Shown: positions 19,589 through 28,714 of the stretch, one piece after another
How the letters are laid out: each line of letters begins with the position of its first letter
Position numbering within the stretch: position 1 is the first letter of the stretch
Assembly: GCF_000011325.1 (NCBI RefSeq)
Contig: NC_003450.3
Location: forward strand, 510,001-542,000
Source of the DNA: Corynebacterium glutamicum ATCC 13032
GTDB taxonomy: Bacteria > Actinomycetota > Actinomycetes > Mycobacteriales > Mycobacteriaceae
Direction: 5' to 3'
DNA: 32,000 nucleotides
Translations under genes and position numbers: made by a program
Notes under the pieces: model-generated
Told to the model about the DNA's origin: nothing
Seen by the model: the letters and a program-made list of their open reading frames with translations, nothing else
Databases searched by the model: none

Positions 19589-20755
19589 CTATCGGATGGT
19601 GCCGGTGCGGTATTGGCGGCGGGTTTCGCGCAGCAGAAGCCAGATCATGTAGCAACCACCGATGGATACAGTCAACAGGCCAACCGGGATGGTGCGGTAG
19701 AAGGAGCTGATAATCAGGGAAAGGAGGTGAGCGCAGCTGAGCAGTGCGGAACCCATTGCAGCGGCAGCAACCAGGCTGACACCAGGGGTTTTAGTGAGGC
19801 GACGTGCCAGCTGTGGGGCAACCAACGCGATGAAGGAGATCGGTCCGGCAGCTGCTGTAACCAACGCGGAGGTAGCAACGCCGACAACGATGAGTGCCAA
19901 GCGGGTGGAGTTTGTTTTCACACCGAGGGTGGTGGCTACGTCATCGCCCATTTCCATGAAACGCAGTGACCTTGCCAGCACAATGGCGGCCACGATGATG
20001 ACAGCAGCGATCACCAGAGAGGGGAGCAGAGATTGCCAGGTAATGCGGTTGATGGAACCGGCACTCCAGAAGCCCACAACCATGGCGTCTTCCACATCGG
20101 CGCGGGTGATTAGATACGCGTTAACGGAACTGAGCATGGCCGAGACACCGATGCCCACGATGATCAAGCGGAAACCTTGCACACCTTTACGCCACGCCAG
20201 GACATACACGGCAAAGGCGGTAACAATGCCACCGACGATGGCAGCGAAAGCGATGCTCCAGTAGTGAGTGTTGCCGAGGACCAAAATGACAAGAACCACC
20301 GCCGTGTAAGAACCTGCATCGAAACCAATCACGTCAGGTGAACCCAACGGGTTTCGAGTAATCGACTGGAAAATCGCTCCACCTATGCCAAGCAGCGCGC
20401 CGAAGACAACAGCAGCAATGGCTACAGGTAGACGCCATTCCCGCACCACCAACAACTGGAATTTCTCGCCGGTGCCAGCAAGTGCATTAATCACCTGCCC
20501 CAAAGACAGTGGGTAATCGCCCATCGTGATAGCCCATGTGGCGCTGCATAGCGCGATGGCGAAAAGGATAAGGCTAACCACCATGAGGCGGGCTGGGATG
20601 CGGAAAGAGAACCGGCGCCTCTGCACTGAAACTGCGTGGTAGCCGGGGTTAAGCGCAGGGCTTGTCGAAGCTTCAGACACAGGTCTAGTGGATTCCACCG
20701 GCTCAGACGCAGCAACAGGAGTTTCATCAGTTCTAGATTTGATATTAAAGACCAC
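19589..20755 (-). CDS. FecCD-family ABC permease (FepG-like) with N-terminal extension
   Basis: Multi-TM FecCD-type sequence (...TRNPLGSPDVIGFDAGSY..., ...FIALVAPQLARRL...). The GTG start at 20755 is preceded by GGAGGAAAG and overlaps the upstream permease gene by 11 nt. Confidence 0.9.
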   Translation of the reverse strand: MVFNIKSRTDETPVAASEPVESTRPVSEASTSPALNPGYHAVSVQRRRFSFRIPARLMVVSLILFAIALCSATWAITMGDYPLSLGQVINALAGTGEKFQLLVVREWRLPVAIAAVVFGALLGIGGAIFQSITRNPLGSPDVIGFDAGSYTAVVLVILVLGNTHYWSIAFAAIVGGIVTAFAVYVLAWRKGVQGFRLIIVGIGVSAMLSSVNAYLITRADVEDAMVVGFWSAGSINRITWQSLLPSLVIAAVIIVAAIVLARSLRFMEMGDDVATTLGVKTNSTRLALIVVGVATSALVTAAAGPISFIALVAPQLARRLTKTPGVSLVAAAAMGSALLSCAHLLSLIISSFYRTIPVGLLTVSIGGCYMIWLLLRETRRQYRTGTIR

Positions 20756-21791
20756 TGGCTTTCCTCCGTCGAACTAGTGCGATCAGGACAGGTGCGCCGA
20801 TGACTGCGGTAACAATGCCTACTTCAATTTCGCCGGGGCGGGCGATGATGCGTCCCAAAATGTCTGCGCCGAGTACAAGAACAGGGGCGCACAGGGCGCT
20901 GAAGGTGATGATCCATCGTTGATCGGGGCCAACTACCCAGCGCACAACGTGGGGAACCATAAGGCCTACGAAGCCGATACCACCAGTAAGGGCGGTCGCG
21001 CCGCCGGCCAACAAGGTGACTGAAATGATGCCGAGCACGCGGGTGCGCATCACTTTGGTGCCCAGGGATGCAGCAAGGTCATCGCCAAGCGCAATGGAGT
21101 TCAGTGCTCCCGACAGCAGGAGCGCGATGGCCAGTCCGACTGCCAGGAATGGCAATACGGTCATGGTGTCGCTGAGGTCGGTGCGTGCAACAGAACCAAG
21201 ATTCCAATTGCGGATGCTTTCAAAAGTCTCAGGATCAATCAGTGTGAGGAAGCTCGTGACGCCACCAAGCACGGCGGCCAGAGCAACGCCGGCGAGGACC
21301 AGAGCAACAGGATTAACGCTGCCGCTGGTGCTCGCACCAATGAAATACACCAGCAGGGTAGCGGCGGCAGCGCCCAGGAATGCGAACCAGATGTAGCCCG
21401 TCACGCTGCTGAGTCCGAAAAATCCGACACCTACGGTCACTGCGAAACCTGCACCCGCGTTAACTCCCAAAATTCCGGGATCGGCAAGCGGGTTGCGCGT
21501 CAGCGCTTGAATTAAAGCACCCGCCACACCAAAAGCAGCGCCAGTCACGATGCCCACCAGCGTGCGCGGAATACGCATTGACCACACGATAATCGACGCC
21601 TCAGAGCTGTCGTGTGCGGTAAAACCCTGCCATACGGAGCTAAAAGAAAGTGGGTTCGCACCCACAGCAATACTTAAAACAATAAGCGCACCCAGTGCCA
21701 CGACGATTCCGAGAATGCCCAGCGCTCGGCGCCTGCCGAGGTTTTTGCTTATCGACGTCTCCTTCTGCTTCTCTACCGCCACCGCCGTCAT
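20745..21791 (-). CDS. FecCD-family ABC permease (FepD-like)
   Basis: 348 aa with FecCD motifs (LTRNPLADPGILGVNAGAGF, GGIGFVGLMVPHVVRW). AGGAG lies 9 nt upstream of ATG 21791. Confidence 0.9.
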   Translation of the reverse strand: MTAVAVEKQKETSISKNLGRRRALGILGIVVALGALIVLSIAVGANPLSFSSVWQGFTAHDSSEASIIVWSMRIPRTLVGIVTGAAFGVAGALIQALTRNPLADPGILGVNAGAGFAVTVGVGFFGLSSVTGYIWFAFLGAAAATLLVYFIGASTSGSVNPVALVLAGVALAAVLGGVTSFLTLIDPETFESIRNWNLGSVARTDLSDTMTVLPFLAVGLAIALLLSGALNSIALGDDLAASLGTKVMRTRVLGIISVTLLAGGATALTGGIGFVGLMVPHVVRWVVGPDQRWIITFSALCAPVLVLGADILGRIIARPGEIEVGIVTAVIGAPVLIALVRRRKASGL

Positions 21792-21882
21792 ATCGCGTGA
21801 CTCCTAAAGATCGAGGGGGAAAGAAAAGTATGAGACATCGAAAGTCCTTAAAACTAGCTGAAACTAAAACGCTTAGAACATC

Positions 21883-21901
21883 TTAGGTGAGCCTTTACTA
21901 A
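21883..21901. promoter_or_regulatory. DtxR-type iron box upstream of the ABC operon
   Basis: TTAGGTGAGCCTTTACTAA matches the 19-bp DtxR consensus TTAGGTTAGCCTAACCTAA at 15/19 positions. It lies 92-110 nt upstream of ATG 21791. It fills the spacer between a minus-strand -35-like TTTTCA (21903-21908) and a -10-like TAAGAT (21880-21885). Confidence 0.55.
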
Positions 21902-22018
21902 ATGAAAATCCCCCGTGCTATAAGTTTCATGGGACTATAGGGAAATCTTTAGGAAAACCGATTGCTAAACGTATGAATTTTTAGCGCTTCAGAGGAGTTG
22001 GAGCAGTTTGGGGATCTT

Positions 22019-22100
22019 AAAGGCGACTTCACGTGCGCTGACTTCTCGTGCTCAATTTCACACCACACGACATCACTGGAAAAACCTGACATCGCCGGCT
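22019..22100. repeat. Dispersed structured repeat, copy C (forward half only)
   Basis: GGCGACTTCACGTGCGCTGACTTCTCGTGCTCAATTTCACACCACACGACATCACTGGAAAAACCTGACATCGCCGGCT aligns with 1291-1368 and 17837-17914. Hexamer starts at 22025, 22040, 22054 and 22069 keep the 15/14/15 phasing. Confidence 0.65.
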
Positions 22101-22526
22101 GATATATATGGAAATATCAACTCCACCCACGTTGCGGGTACGCGCGTGATGAATGGTATCGGCGGCTCGGGCGATTTCACGCGTAACGCCTTTGCTTCCA
22201 CATTTATCTCTCCCTCGGCAGCCAAAGTTGATGCGATTTCCGCGATTGTGCCTTTCGCGTCCCATATCGATCACACGGAACATGATGCGATGGTTGTCAT
22301 TACTGAATATGGCTACGCAGACCTGCGCGGGCTATCGCCAAAACAACGAGTCCCCAAAATGATTGCCATCGCCCACCCGGACTATCGACCACTGCTGGAA
22401 GCATACTTTGACCGGGCGCTGAACAGTGCTGATTCCTATCAGCACACCCTGCATGATCTGCGCACCGCCTTCGATTTCCATAATCGCTTGAACTCACAAG
22501 GAACCATGAAAATCGAAAAAGCATAG
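22101..22526 (+). pseudogene. C-terminal remnant of an acetyl-CoA hydrolase / CoA-transferase (Ach1/Cat1-type) gene
   Basis: DIYGNINSTHVAGTRVMNGIGGSGDFTRNAF...VVITEYGYADLRGLSPKQRVPKMIAIAHPDYRPLLEAYF corresponds to only the last ~140 aa of ~500-aa enzymes. The track ORF (22008-22526, 172 aa) gains its first ~31 codons from repeat copy C. Confidence 0.75.
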
Positions 22527-22536
22527 TGCTTTTCGA
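22513..22536 (+). terminator. Hairpin at the 3' end of the remnant gene, related to the fusA hairpin
   Basis: TCGAAAAAGCA (22513-22523) pairs with TGCTTTTCGA (22527-22536), with the TAG stop codon in the loop. It shares CGAAAAGCA/TGCTTTTCGACG with 16038-16064. No U-tract follows. Confidence 0.4.
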
Positions 22537-23098
22537 CGAGCCCTCCACCTTCGCCGCCACCAGAGTGCCGGCGGTCAAGGTGGGTGGGCTATTTCAGTGC
22601 GGGGCAGTGAAAGTAAAAACGCAACTTTCTTACAGAACAGGGTTGTCTTTCAGACGACTATGTGGTTAACTACTTGGGCTGCTTTAACACGGCGTGAATT
22701 AACCATGCCAGTTGGTAAGGCAAACATGACACCTTCAATTGGAGTCGAGGCGCATGAAAATGCACTTCAACTTCAGGGGGTATCCACTGAAGCCGGGTGA
22801 CTGGTGAAGGCGGAACCGGAGAAGGGGCATGGCAAATAAACAGCGGCAGTTACGTTAGGGCCTAGATCACGCATTTTGGTCCCTTCCGATTTCCCTGACT
22901 TCATTGTTGGGTTCATCGTGGAGCGTTTTATTTGTACAGCGCCCGTGATCCAATGTCAGAAGCATTTGACAGGTCAGGTTAAACACTGGCGTTGCGCCCG
23001 AGCCCCAAGCCCGGACAACGTTATAGAGAAAGAATGAAGCGAATTCCCACCGCTTTTCCAAAATGGAAGATGTGGGACGAGCGAGGAAGAGGATAAGC

Positions 23099-23404
23099 GT
23101 GGCGGGACAAAAGATCCGCATTAGGCTCAAGGCCTACGACCACGAAGCGATTGATGCGTCTGCACGCAAGATCGTTGAGACGGTCACCCGTACGGGTGCC
23201 CGAGTCGTTGGACCGGTGCCTTTGCCTACCGAAAAGAACGTATACGCCGTTATTCGTTCTCCACATAAGTACAAGGACTCTCGCGAGCACTTCGAGATGC
23301 GCACTCACAAGCGCCTGATCGACATCCTCGACCCGACGCCGAAGACTGTTGATGCCCTTATGCGCATCGACCTTCCGGCCAGCGTCGACGTGAACATTCA
23401 GTGA
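23099..23404 (+). CDS. rpsJ: 30S ribosomal protein S10
   Basis: The ORF 23063-23404 is trimmed to GTG 23099 ([29 protein letters not shown]..., 101 aa). It is preceded by AGGAAGAGGA. Confidence 0.97.
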   Translation: MAGQKIRIRLKAYDHEAIDASARKIVETVTRTGARVVGPVPLPTEKNVYAVIRSPHKYKDSREHFEMRTHKRLIDILDPTPKTVDALMRIDLPASVDVNIQ

Positions 23405-23436
23405 TCGACGGAATTTTTGGCAGCGGAGAATAAATA

Positions 23437-24093
23437 ATGAGTGAAAACGAGATCAAGGGCATTCTGGGCACCAAGCTCGGCATGACTCAGATCTTCGACG
23501 AGGAGAACCGCGTTATTCCGGTTACCGTCGTTGAAGCGGGTCCATGCGTAGTTTCCCAGATTCGCACCGTTGAGACCGATGGCTACAACGCCATCCAGAT
23601 CGCCTACGGCGAAATCGACCCACGCAAGGTGAACCAGCCATTGACTGGTCACTTCAAGAAAGCAGGCGTTACCCCCCGCCGCCACGTCACCGAGATTCGT
23701 ATGGACGATGTCTCCGGTTACGAGGTTGGACAGGACGTTACCGTTGAAATCTTCAACGACATCAAGTTCGTTGACGTCACCGGTACCACCAAGGGTAAGG
23801 GCTACGCCGGCGCTATGAAGCGCCATGGCTTCGCTGGCCAGGGTGCCGGCCACGGTAACCAGGCTGCACACCGCCGCGTAGGTGGCATTGGTGCAGCTGC
23901 TACCCCAGGTCGCATCTTCAAGGGCAAGCGTATGGCTGGCCGCATGGGTAATGACCGCGTCACCACCCAGAACCTCAAGGTTCAGAAGATTGACGCCGAT
24001 GCCAACATCATCCTTATCAAGGGCGCAATCCCTGGTAACCGTGGTGGCATCGTTACCGTTAAGACCGCAGTGAAGGGCGGTGCACACGCATGA
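23437..24093 (+). CDS. rplC: 50S ribosomal protein L3
   Basis: 218 aa, canonical L3 ([15 protein letters not shown]...[14 protein letters not shown]). Confidence 0.98.
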   Translation: MSENEIKGILGTKLGMTQIFDEENRVIPVTVVEAGPCVVSQIRTVETDGYNAIQIAYGEIDPRKVNQPLTGHFKKAGVTPRRHVTEIRMDDVSGYEVGQDVTVEIFNDIKFVDVTGTTKGKGYAGAMKRHGFAGQGAGHGNQAAHRRVGGIGAAATPGRIFKGKRMAGRMGNDRVTTQNLKVQKIDADANIILIKGAIPGNRGGIVTVKTAVKGGAHA

Positions 24094-24746
24094 CGAATCT
24101 GAAGCTGGATGTTCAGACCGCTGATGGAAACATCAACGGATCTGTAGAACTCCCTGCAGAGATTTTTGACCGTGAGGTCTCCGTCGCACTGCTGCACCAG
24201 GTTGTCAACGCACAGCTTGCAGCAGCTCGACAGGGCACCCACTCCACCAAGACCCGTGGCGAAGTACGTGGCGGTGGCCGTAAGCCATTCCGTCAGAAGG
24301 GAACCGGTCGCGCTCGTCAGGGCTCGATCCGCGCACCTCACTTCACCGGTGGTGGCATCTCCCACGGCCCTAAGCCACGCGACTACTCTCAGCGCACCCC
24401 TAAGAAGATGATCAAGGCTGCACTTTACGGTGCACTGTCTGATCGTGCACGCAATGCACGTATCCACGTCGTCTCCGAATTGGTGCCTGGCCAGACCCCT
24501 TCGACCAAGTCTGCAAAGGCTTTCATCGAGCGTCTGACCGAGCGTAAGTCCGTGCTGCTCGTAGTGAGCCGTGAGGATATCAACGCCCAGAAGAGTGCTA
24601 ACAACCTGCCTGGCGTCCACATCCTGGCCGCTGATCAGCTGAACACCTACGACGTTCTCAAGTCTGACGACGTTGTGTTCTCCGTTGAGGCTCTCCACAC
24701 CTTCATCAACCGCGCTTCCGGTGCGGCACAGGAGGAGCAGAACTAA
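24090..24746 (+). CDS. rplD: 50S ribosomal protein L4
   Basis: 218 aa, canonical L4 (...[30 protein letters not shown]...). ATGA overlap with rplC. Confidence 0.98.
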   Translation: MTNLKLDVQTADGNINGSVELPAEIFDREVSVALLHQVVNAQLAAARQGTHSTKTRGEVRGGGRKPFRQKGTGRARQGSIRAPHFTGGGISHGPKPRDYSQRTPKKMIKAALYGALSDRARNARIHVVSELVPGQTPSTKSAKAFIERLTERKSVLLVVSREDINAQKSANNLPGVHILAADQLNTYDVLKSDDVVFSVEALHTFINRASGAAQEEQN

Positions 24747-25051
24747 TGGCTACTATCGCCAACCCACGCGACATCATCATCGCACCGGTCGTTTCTGAGA
24801 AGTCCTACGGCCTCATGGAGCAGAACGTTTACACGTTCTTCGTCTCCACTGACGCTAACAAGACTCAGATCAAGATTGCCATCGAAGAGATCTTCGGCGT
24901 CAAGGTTGCATCTGTGAACACCGTTAACCGTGCAGGTAAGCGCAAGCGCTCCCGCACCGGCTTCGGTACTCGCAAGGCTACCAAGCGCGCTTATGTGACT
25001 CTTCGCGAAGGCAGCGACTCCATCGACATCTTCAACGGCTCCGTCGCTTAA
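24746..25051 (+). CDS. rplW: 50S ribosomal protein L23
   Basis: 101 aa, canonical L23. TAATG overlap with rplD. Confidence 0.97.
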   Translation: MATIANPRDIIIAPVVSEKSYGLMEQNVYTFFVSTDANKTQIKIAIEEIFGVKVASVNTVNRAGKRKRSRTGFGTRKATKRAYVTLREGSDSIDIFNGSVA

Positions 25052-25075
25052 GACGTCGATAGAAAAGGACACATT

Positions 25076-25918
25076 ATGGCTATTCGTAAGTACAAGCCGA
25101 CAACCCCGGGTCGCCGCGCAAGCTCCGTTTCCATGTTCACGGAGATCACCCGTTCGACCCCTGAGAAGTCACTTCTCCGCCCACTGAGCAAGACCGGCGG
25201 ACGTAACTCTCACGGCCACATCACCACCCGTCACCGCGGTGGTGGACACAAGCGCCGCTACCGCGTCATCGACTTCCGTCGTAACGACAAGGATGGCGTA
25301 TTGGCGAAGGTCGCTCACATCGAGTACGACCCAAACCGTACCGCTAACATTGCACTGCTTCACTACTTCGATGGCGAGAAGCGTTACATCCTCGCACCGA
25401 AGGGCCTGACCCAGGGCACCGTTATCGAGTCCGGCGCTGCAGCCGACATCAAGGTTGGTAACAACCTGCCACTGCGTAACATCCCGACTGGTACCACCAT
25501 CCACAACGTGGAGTTGAAGCCAGGCGCAGGTGCAAAGCTGGCACGTTCCGCTGGAGCTTCCATCCAGCTTCTTGGTAAGGAAGGCTCCTACGCAGTTCTG
25601 CGTATGCCATCCTCCGAGATCCGACGCGTAGACATCCGCTGCCGCGCGACTGTTGGTGAGGTCGGCAACGCCGAGCAGATCAACATTCGTTGGGGTAAAG
25701 CTGGTCGTATGCGTTGGAAGGGCTGGCGCCCAACCGTCCGTGGTGTCGTTATGAACCCGGTCGACCACCCACACGGTGGTGGTGAAGGTAAGACTTCTGG
25801 TGGTCGCCACCCAGTCTCCCCATGGGGACAGAAGGAAGGCCGCACCCGCAAGCCTAAGCGTTACAGCGATGACATGATCGTTCGTCGCCGTCGTGCTAAC
25901 AAGAACAAGAAGCGCTAA
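25076..25918 (+). CDS. rplB: 50S ribosomal protein L2
   Basis: 280 aa, canonical L2 ([14 protein letters not shown]...[26 protein letters not shown]). Confidence 0.98.
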   Translation: MAIRKYKPTTPGRRASSVSMFTEITRSTPEKSLLRPLSKTGGRNSHGHITTRHRGGGHKRRYRVIDFRRNDKDGVLAKVAHIEYDPNRTANIALLHYFDGEKRYILAPKGLTQGTVIESGAAADIKVGNNLPLRNIPTGTTIHNVELKPGAGAKLARSAGASIQLLGKEGSYAVLRMPSSEIRRVDIRCRATVGEVGNAEQINIRWGKAGRMRWKGWRPTVRGVVMNPVDHPHGGGEGKTSGGRHPVSPWGQKEGRTRKPKRYSDDMIVRRRRANKNKKR

Positions 25919-25934
25919 GAGGAGGTAACGAAGA

Positions 25935-26213
25935 ATGCCACGCAGCCTTAAAAAGGGTCCTTTCGTCGATGAGCACCTCCTCAACAAGGTAGATGCTCAG
26001 AACGAAAAGGGAACCAAGCAGGTCATCAAGACCTGGTCCCGCCGTTCCACCATTCTCCCCGATTTCATCGGTCACACCTTTGCTGTCCATGATGGACGCA
26101 AGCATGTGCCAGTTTTCGTGGACGATGCCATGGTTGGCCACAAGCTGGGCGAATTCGCCCCTACCAAGACCTTCAAGGGTCACGTCAAGGACGACAAGAA
26201 GGGACGTCGATAA
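25935..26213 (+). CDS. rpsS: 30S ribosomal protein S19
   Basis: 92 aa, [16 protein letters not shown]...[23 protein letters not shown]. Confidence 0.98.
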   Translation: MPRSLKKGPFVDEHLLNKVDAQNEKGTKQVIKTWSRRSTILPDFIGHTFAVHDGRKHVPVFVDDAMVGHKLGEFAPTKTFKGHVKDDKKGRR

Positions 26214-26216
26214 GCG

Positions 26217-26579
26217 ATGAGTGACAACATCACCTCCGCAAGCGCGACTGCTCGCTTCGTCCGCGTCAGCCCAATGAAGGCACGTCGCGTCATTGATCTT
26301 GTTCGCGGCAAGACCGTCGTTGAAGCACTGTCAATCCTGAAGTATGCGCCACAGGCAGCATCTGAGCCTGTAGCAAAGGTTGTTGCATCTGCAGCAGCTA
26401 ACGCTGAGAACAACTTCGGCCTGGATCCACGCACCCTGGTTATCTCCGAGGCTTACGCCAACGAAGGTCCAACCATGAAGCGCTTCCAGCCACGTGCTCA
26501 GGGACGCGCATTCCAGATCCGTAAGCGCAGCAGCCACATCACCGTGGTCGTTGAGAGCCAGAAGGAAGGAGCCAACTAG
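26217..26579 (+). CDS. rplV: 50S ribosomal protein L22
   Basis: 120 aa, canonical L22 (...[21 protein letters not shown]...). Confidence 0.97.
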   Translation: MSDNITSASATARFVRVSPMKARRVIDLVRGKTVVEALSILKYAPQAASEPVAKVVASAAANAENNFGLDPRTLVISEAYANEGPTMKRFQPRAQGRAFQIRKRSSHITVVVESQKEGAN

Positions 26580-27325
26580 TGGGCCAGAAGATCCATCCAC
26601 ACGGCCTCCGTTTGGGCATCACTTCCGACTGGAAGTCCCATTGGTACGCCGACAAGTCTTACGCTGACTACGTCGCAGAAGACATCAAGATTCGCGAATT
26701 CCTGTCCAAGGGCCTCGACCGTGCCGGCATCGCCGACGTCGTCATCGAGCGCACCCGCGACCGCGTTCGCGTAGACATCCACACCGCTCGCCCAGGCATC
26801 GTCATTGGTCGTCGTGGCGCTGAGGCTGACCGCATCCGCCGTGAGCTCGAGAAGCTCACCGGCAAGCAGGTTGCCCTCAACATCCTCGAGGTCAAGAACG
26901 TCGATGCTAACGCTAAGCTGGTGGCACAGTCCATCGCTGAGCAGCTGACCAACCGCGTGGCATTCCGTCGCGCAATGCGCAAGGCTATCCAGTCTGCAAT
27001 GCGTCAGCCACAGGTTAAGGGCATCAAGGTCGTGTGCTCCGGTCGTCTCGGCGGTGCCGAGATGTCCCGCACCGAGCGCTACCACGAAGGTCGCGTTCCA
27101 CTGCACACCCTTCGCGCAGAAATCGATTACGGCACCTACGAGGCTCACACCACTTTCGGACGCATCGGCGTCAAGGTGTGGATCTACAAGGGTGACGTCG
27201 TTGGTGGACGTCGCGAGAGCGAGATCAATGCACCCGCAGAGCGTCGCGGCCGCGGCGACCGCAACGCACGTCCGCGTCGTGGTGGCCAGCGTCGTCAGCG
27301 TGCTGAGCAGAAGCAGGAGGGCTAA
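26579..27325 (+). CDS. rpsC: 30S ribosomal protein S3
   Basis: 248 aa with GTG start overlapping the rplV stop (TAGTG). [20 protein letters not shown]... with a basic R/G-rich tail. Confidence 0.98.
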   Translation: MGQKIHPHGLRLGITSDWKSHWYADKSYADYVAEDIKIREFLSKGLDRAGIADVVIERTRDRVRVDIHTARPGIVIGRRGAEADRIRRELEKLTGKQVALNILEVKNVDANAKLVAQSIAEQLTNRVAFRRAMRKAIQSAMRQPQVKGIKVVCSGRLGGAEMSRTERYHEGRVPLHTLRAEIDYGTYEAHTTFGRIGVKVWIYKGDVVGGRRESEINAPAERRGRGDRNARPRRGGQRRQRAEQKQEG

Positions 27326-27327
27326 AC

Positions 27328-27744
27328 ATGCTTATTCCTAAGCGCGTTAAGTACCGTCGCCAGCACCGTCCTACCCGTAGTGGTATCTCCAAGGGCGGCA
27401 ACCGCGTCACTTTCGGTGAGTACGGCATCCAGGCTCTCGAGCCTGCCTACATCACCAACCGTCAGATTGAATCTGCACGTATTGCAATCAACCGCCACGT
27501 CAAGCGTGGTGGCAAGGTTTGGATCAACATCTTCCCAGACCGCCCACTGACCCAGAAGCCACTCGGCGTTCGTATGGGTTCCGGTAAGGGCCCTGTGGAG
27601 AAGTGGGTTGCAAACATCAAGCCGGGCCGTATCCTCTTCGAGATGAGCTACCCGGACGAAGCTACTGCTCTCGAGGCTCTGCGCCGCGCTGGCCAGAAGC
27701 TTCCATGCAAGGTCCGTATCGTCAAGAGGGAGGATCAGCTCTAA
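27328..27744 (+). CDS. rplP: 50S ribosomal protein L16
   Basis: 138 aa, [14 protein letters not shown]... is canonical L16. Confidence 0.98.
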   Translation: MLIPKRVKYRRQHRPTRSGISKGGNRVTFGEYGIQALEPAYITNRQIESARIAINRHVKRGGKVWINIFPDRPLTQKPLGVRMGSGKGPVEKWVANIKPGRILFEMSYPDEATALEALRRAGQKLPCKVRIVKREDQL

Positions 27745-27974
27745 TGGCTATCGGTACCCCAGCACACGAGTTCCGTGAGCTCAACGAGGAAGAACTGGTT
27801 ACCCGCCTCAACGAGGCTAAGGAAGAACTGTTCAACCTTCGCTTCCAGCTTGCCACCGGCCAGCTGACCAACAACCGCCGCCTGCGCACCGTCAAGCGCG
27901 ACATCGCCCGCATCTACACCGTTATTCGCGAGCGTGAGCTGGGCTTGTCTGTGGTTCCGGGAGCTGAGGCTTAA
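27744..27974 (+). CDS. rpmC: 50S ribosomal protein L29
   Basis: The track ORF 27603-27974 is an upstream read-through. The real start is the ATG at 27744, overlapping the rplP stop (TAATG). It gives the 76-aa [41 protein letters not shown]... Confidence 0.95.
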   Translation: MAIGTPAHEFRELNEEELVTRLNEAKEELFNLRFQLATGQLTNNRRLRTVKRDIARIYTVIRERELGLSVVPGAEA

Positions 27975-27976
27975 TC

Positions 27977-28255
27977 ATGAGTGAGGCAAACGTGAACAAC
28001 CAGGAAAAGAGCACCCGCAAGGTCCGCACTGGCTACGTGGTTTCTGACAAGATGCAGAAGACCATCGTTGTCGAGGTCGAAGACCGCAAGCAGCACGCTC
28101 TCTACGGCAAGATCCTTCGCTCCGCGAAGAAGGTCAAGGCTCATGATGAGGAGCAGATCGCCGGAATCGGTGACTTGGTTCGCATCGAAGAGACCCGCCC
28201 ATTGTCCAAGGACAAGAACTACCGTCTGATCGAGATCGTCGAAAAGGCTAAGTAG
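27977..28255 (+). CDS. rpsQ: 30S ribosomal protein S17
   Basis: 92 aa, ...[32 protein letters not shown]... is canonical S17. Confidence 0.97.
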   Translation: MSEANVNNQEKSTRKVRTGYVVSDKMQKTIVVEVEDRKQHALYGKILRSAKKVKAHDEEQIAGIGDLVRIEETRPLSKDKNYRLIEIVEKAK

Positions 28256-28308
28256 TTTGGGCGTCATCTACTGATGACCTCTAGCTATTCGCTTCAAGCG
28301 AATGCGTA

Positions 28309-28358
28309 ACACCCCTGGTGGAATTTCCTTTTGGGAATCCACCAGGGGTGTTTCTTTG
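28309..28358. terminator. Shared (convergent) terminator of the S10 operon and the minus-strand membrane gene
   Basis: 14-bp perfect stem ACACCCCTGGTGGA (28309-28322) with TCCACCAGGGGTGT (28338-28351), then TTCTTTG. It lies 53 nt after the rpsQ stop and 27 nt beyond the stop of the minus-strand gene at 28378. Confidence 0.8.
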
Positions 28359-28377
28359 TCTTTATAACAGCCAAGTA

Positions 28378-28647
28378 CTAGAAGCCGAAGACGAAGAATC
28401 CAGCTGTCAGCCAAATGGTGGGGGACAGCAGGGCGAGGATTGCGCAGATACCCAAGACCCAACTCTTGGACTTGAAAGCGGTAAACAATGCATATCCAAT
28501 GAGTGGAACGGCAATGATCGGGTAGATCCACTCACGGATGCCGTACCAGGAAATCGGGACGAGCCACAGGACATATCCGAGGATTGCGACAACTAGAACG
28601 CTAAGCCATGCAAAAATTGAAACAGTTTTTTGGTTTTCATGAGCCAT
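28378..28647 (-). CDS. Small integral membrane protein (89 aa, about 3 TM helices)
   Basis: The ORF 28378-28698 is trimmed to ATG 28647 (MAHENQKTVSIFAWLSVLVVAILGYVLWLV...), which is preceded by AGGAA. The sequence is strongly hydrophobic throughout. Confidence 0.6.
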   Translation of the reverse strand: MAHENQKTVSIFAWLSVLVVAILGYVLWLVPISWYGIREWIYPIIAVPLIGYALFTAFKSKSWVLGICAILALLSPTIWLTAGFFVFGF

Positions 28648-28714
28648 CCGAATGTTCCTAATAGAAGGGGCATGGAGATTTAACCACCAACGTATCAAGA
28701 GTTTTTAGATGGGG

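Noticed and set aside
18663-19969. Alternative-frame ORFs in the ABC locus (153 aa minus, 139 aa and 199 aa plus)
   Set aside because: They overlap the ATPase and permease genes, which carry diagnostic Walker and FecCD motifs. The alternative frames give Arg/Pro/Gly-rich nonsense.
22795-22830. Riboswitch-like look of CCGGGTGACTGGTGAAGGCGGAACCGG (faint resemblance to the ZTP/pfl GGGUCGUGACUGGCG segment, and of TCCACTGAAG to a B12 box)
   Set aside because: The conserved CGU is missing and no downstream CCGCCUGGGC-type pseudoknot partner is present. The B12-box core GCCACTG is also absent. The downstream gene (rpsJ) does not fit either ligand class.
23398-25987. 229-, 238- and 272-aa minus-strand ORFs across rplC, rplD and rplB
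   Set aside because: Antisense shadows. The + strand products are canonical ribosomal proteins with tight translational coupling.
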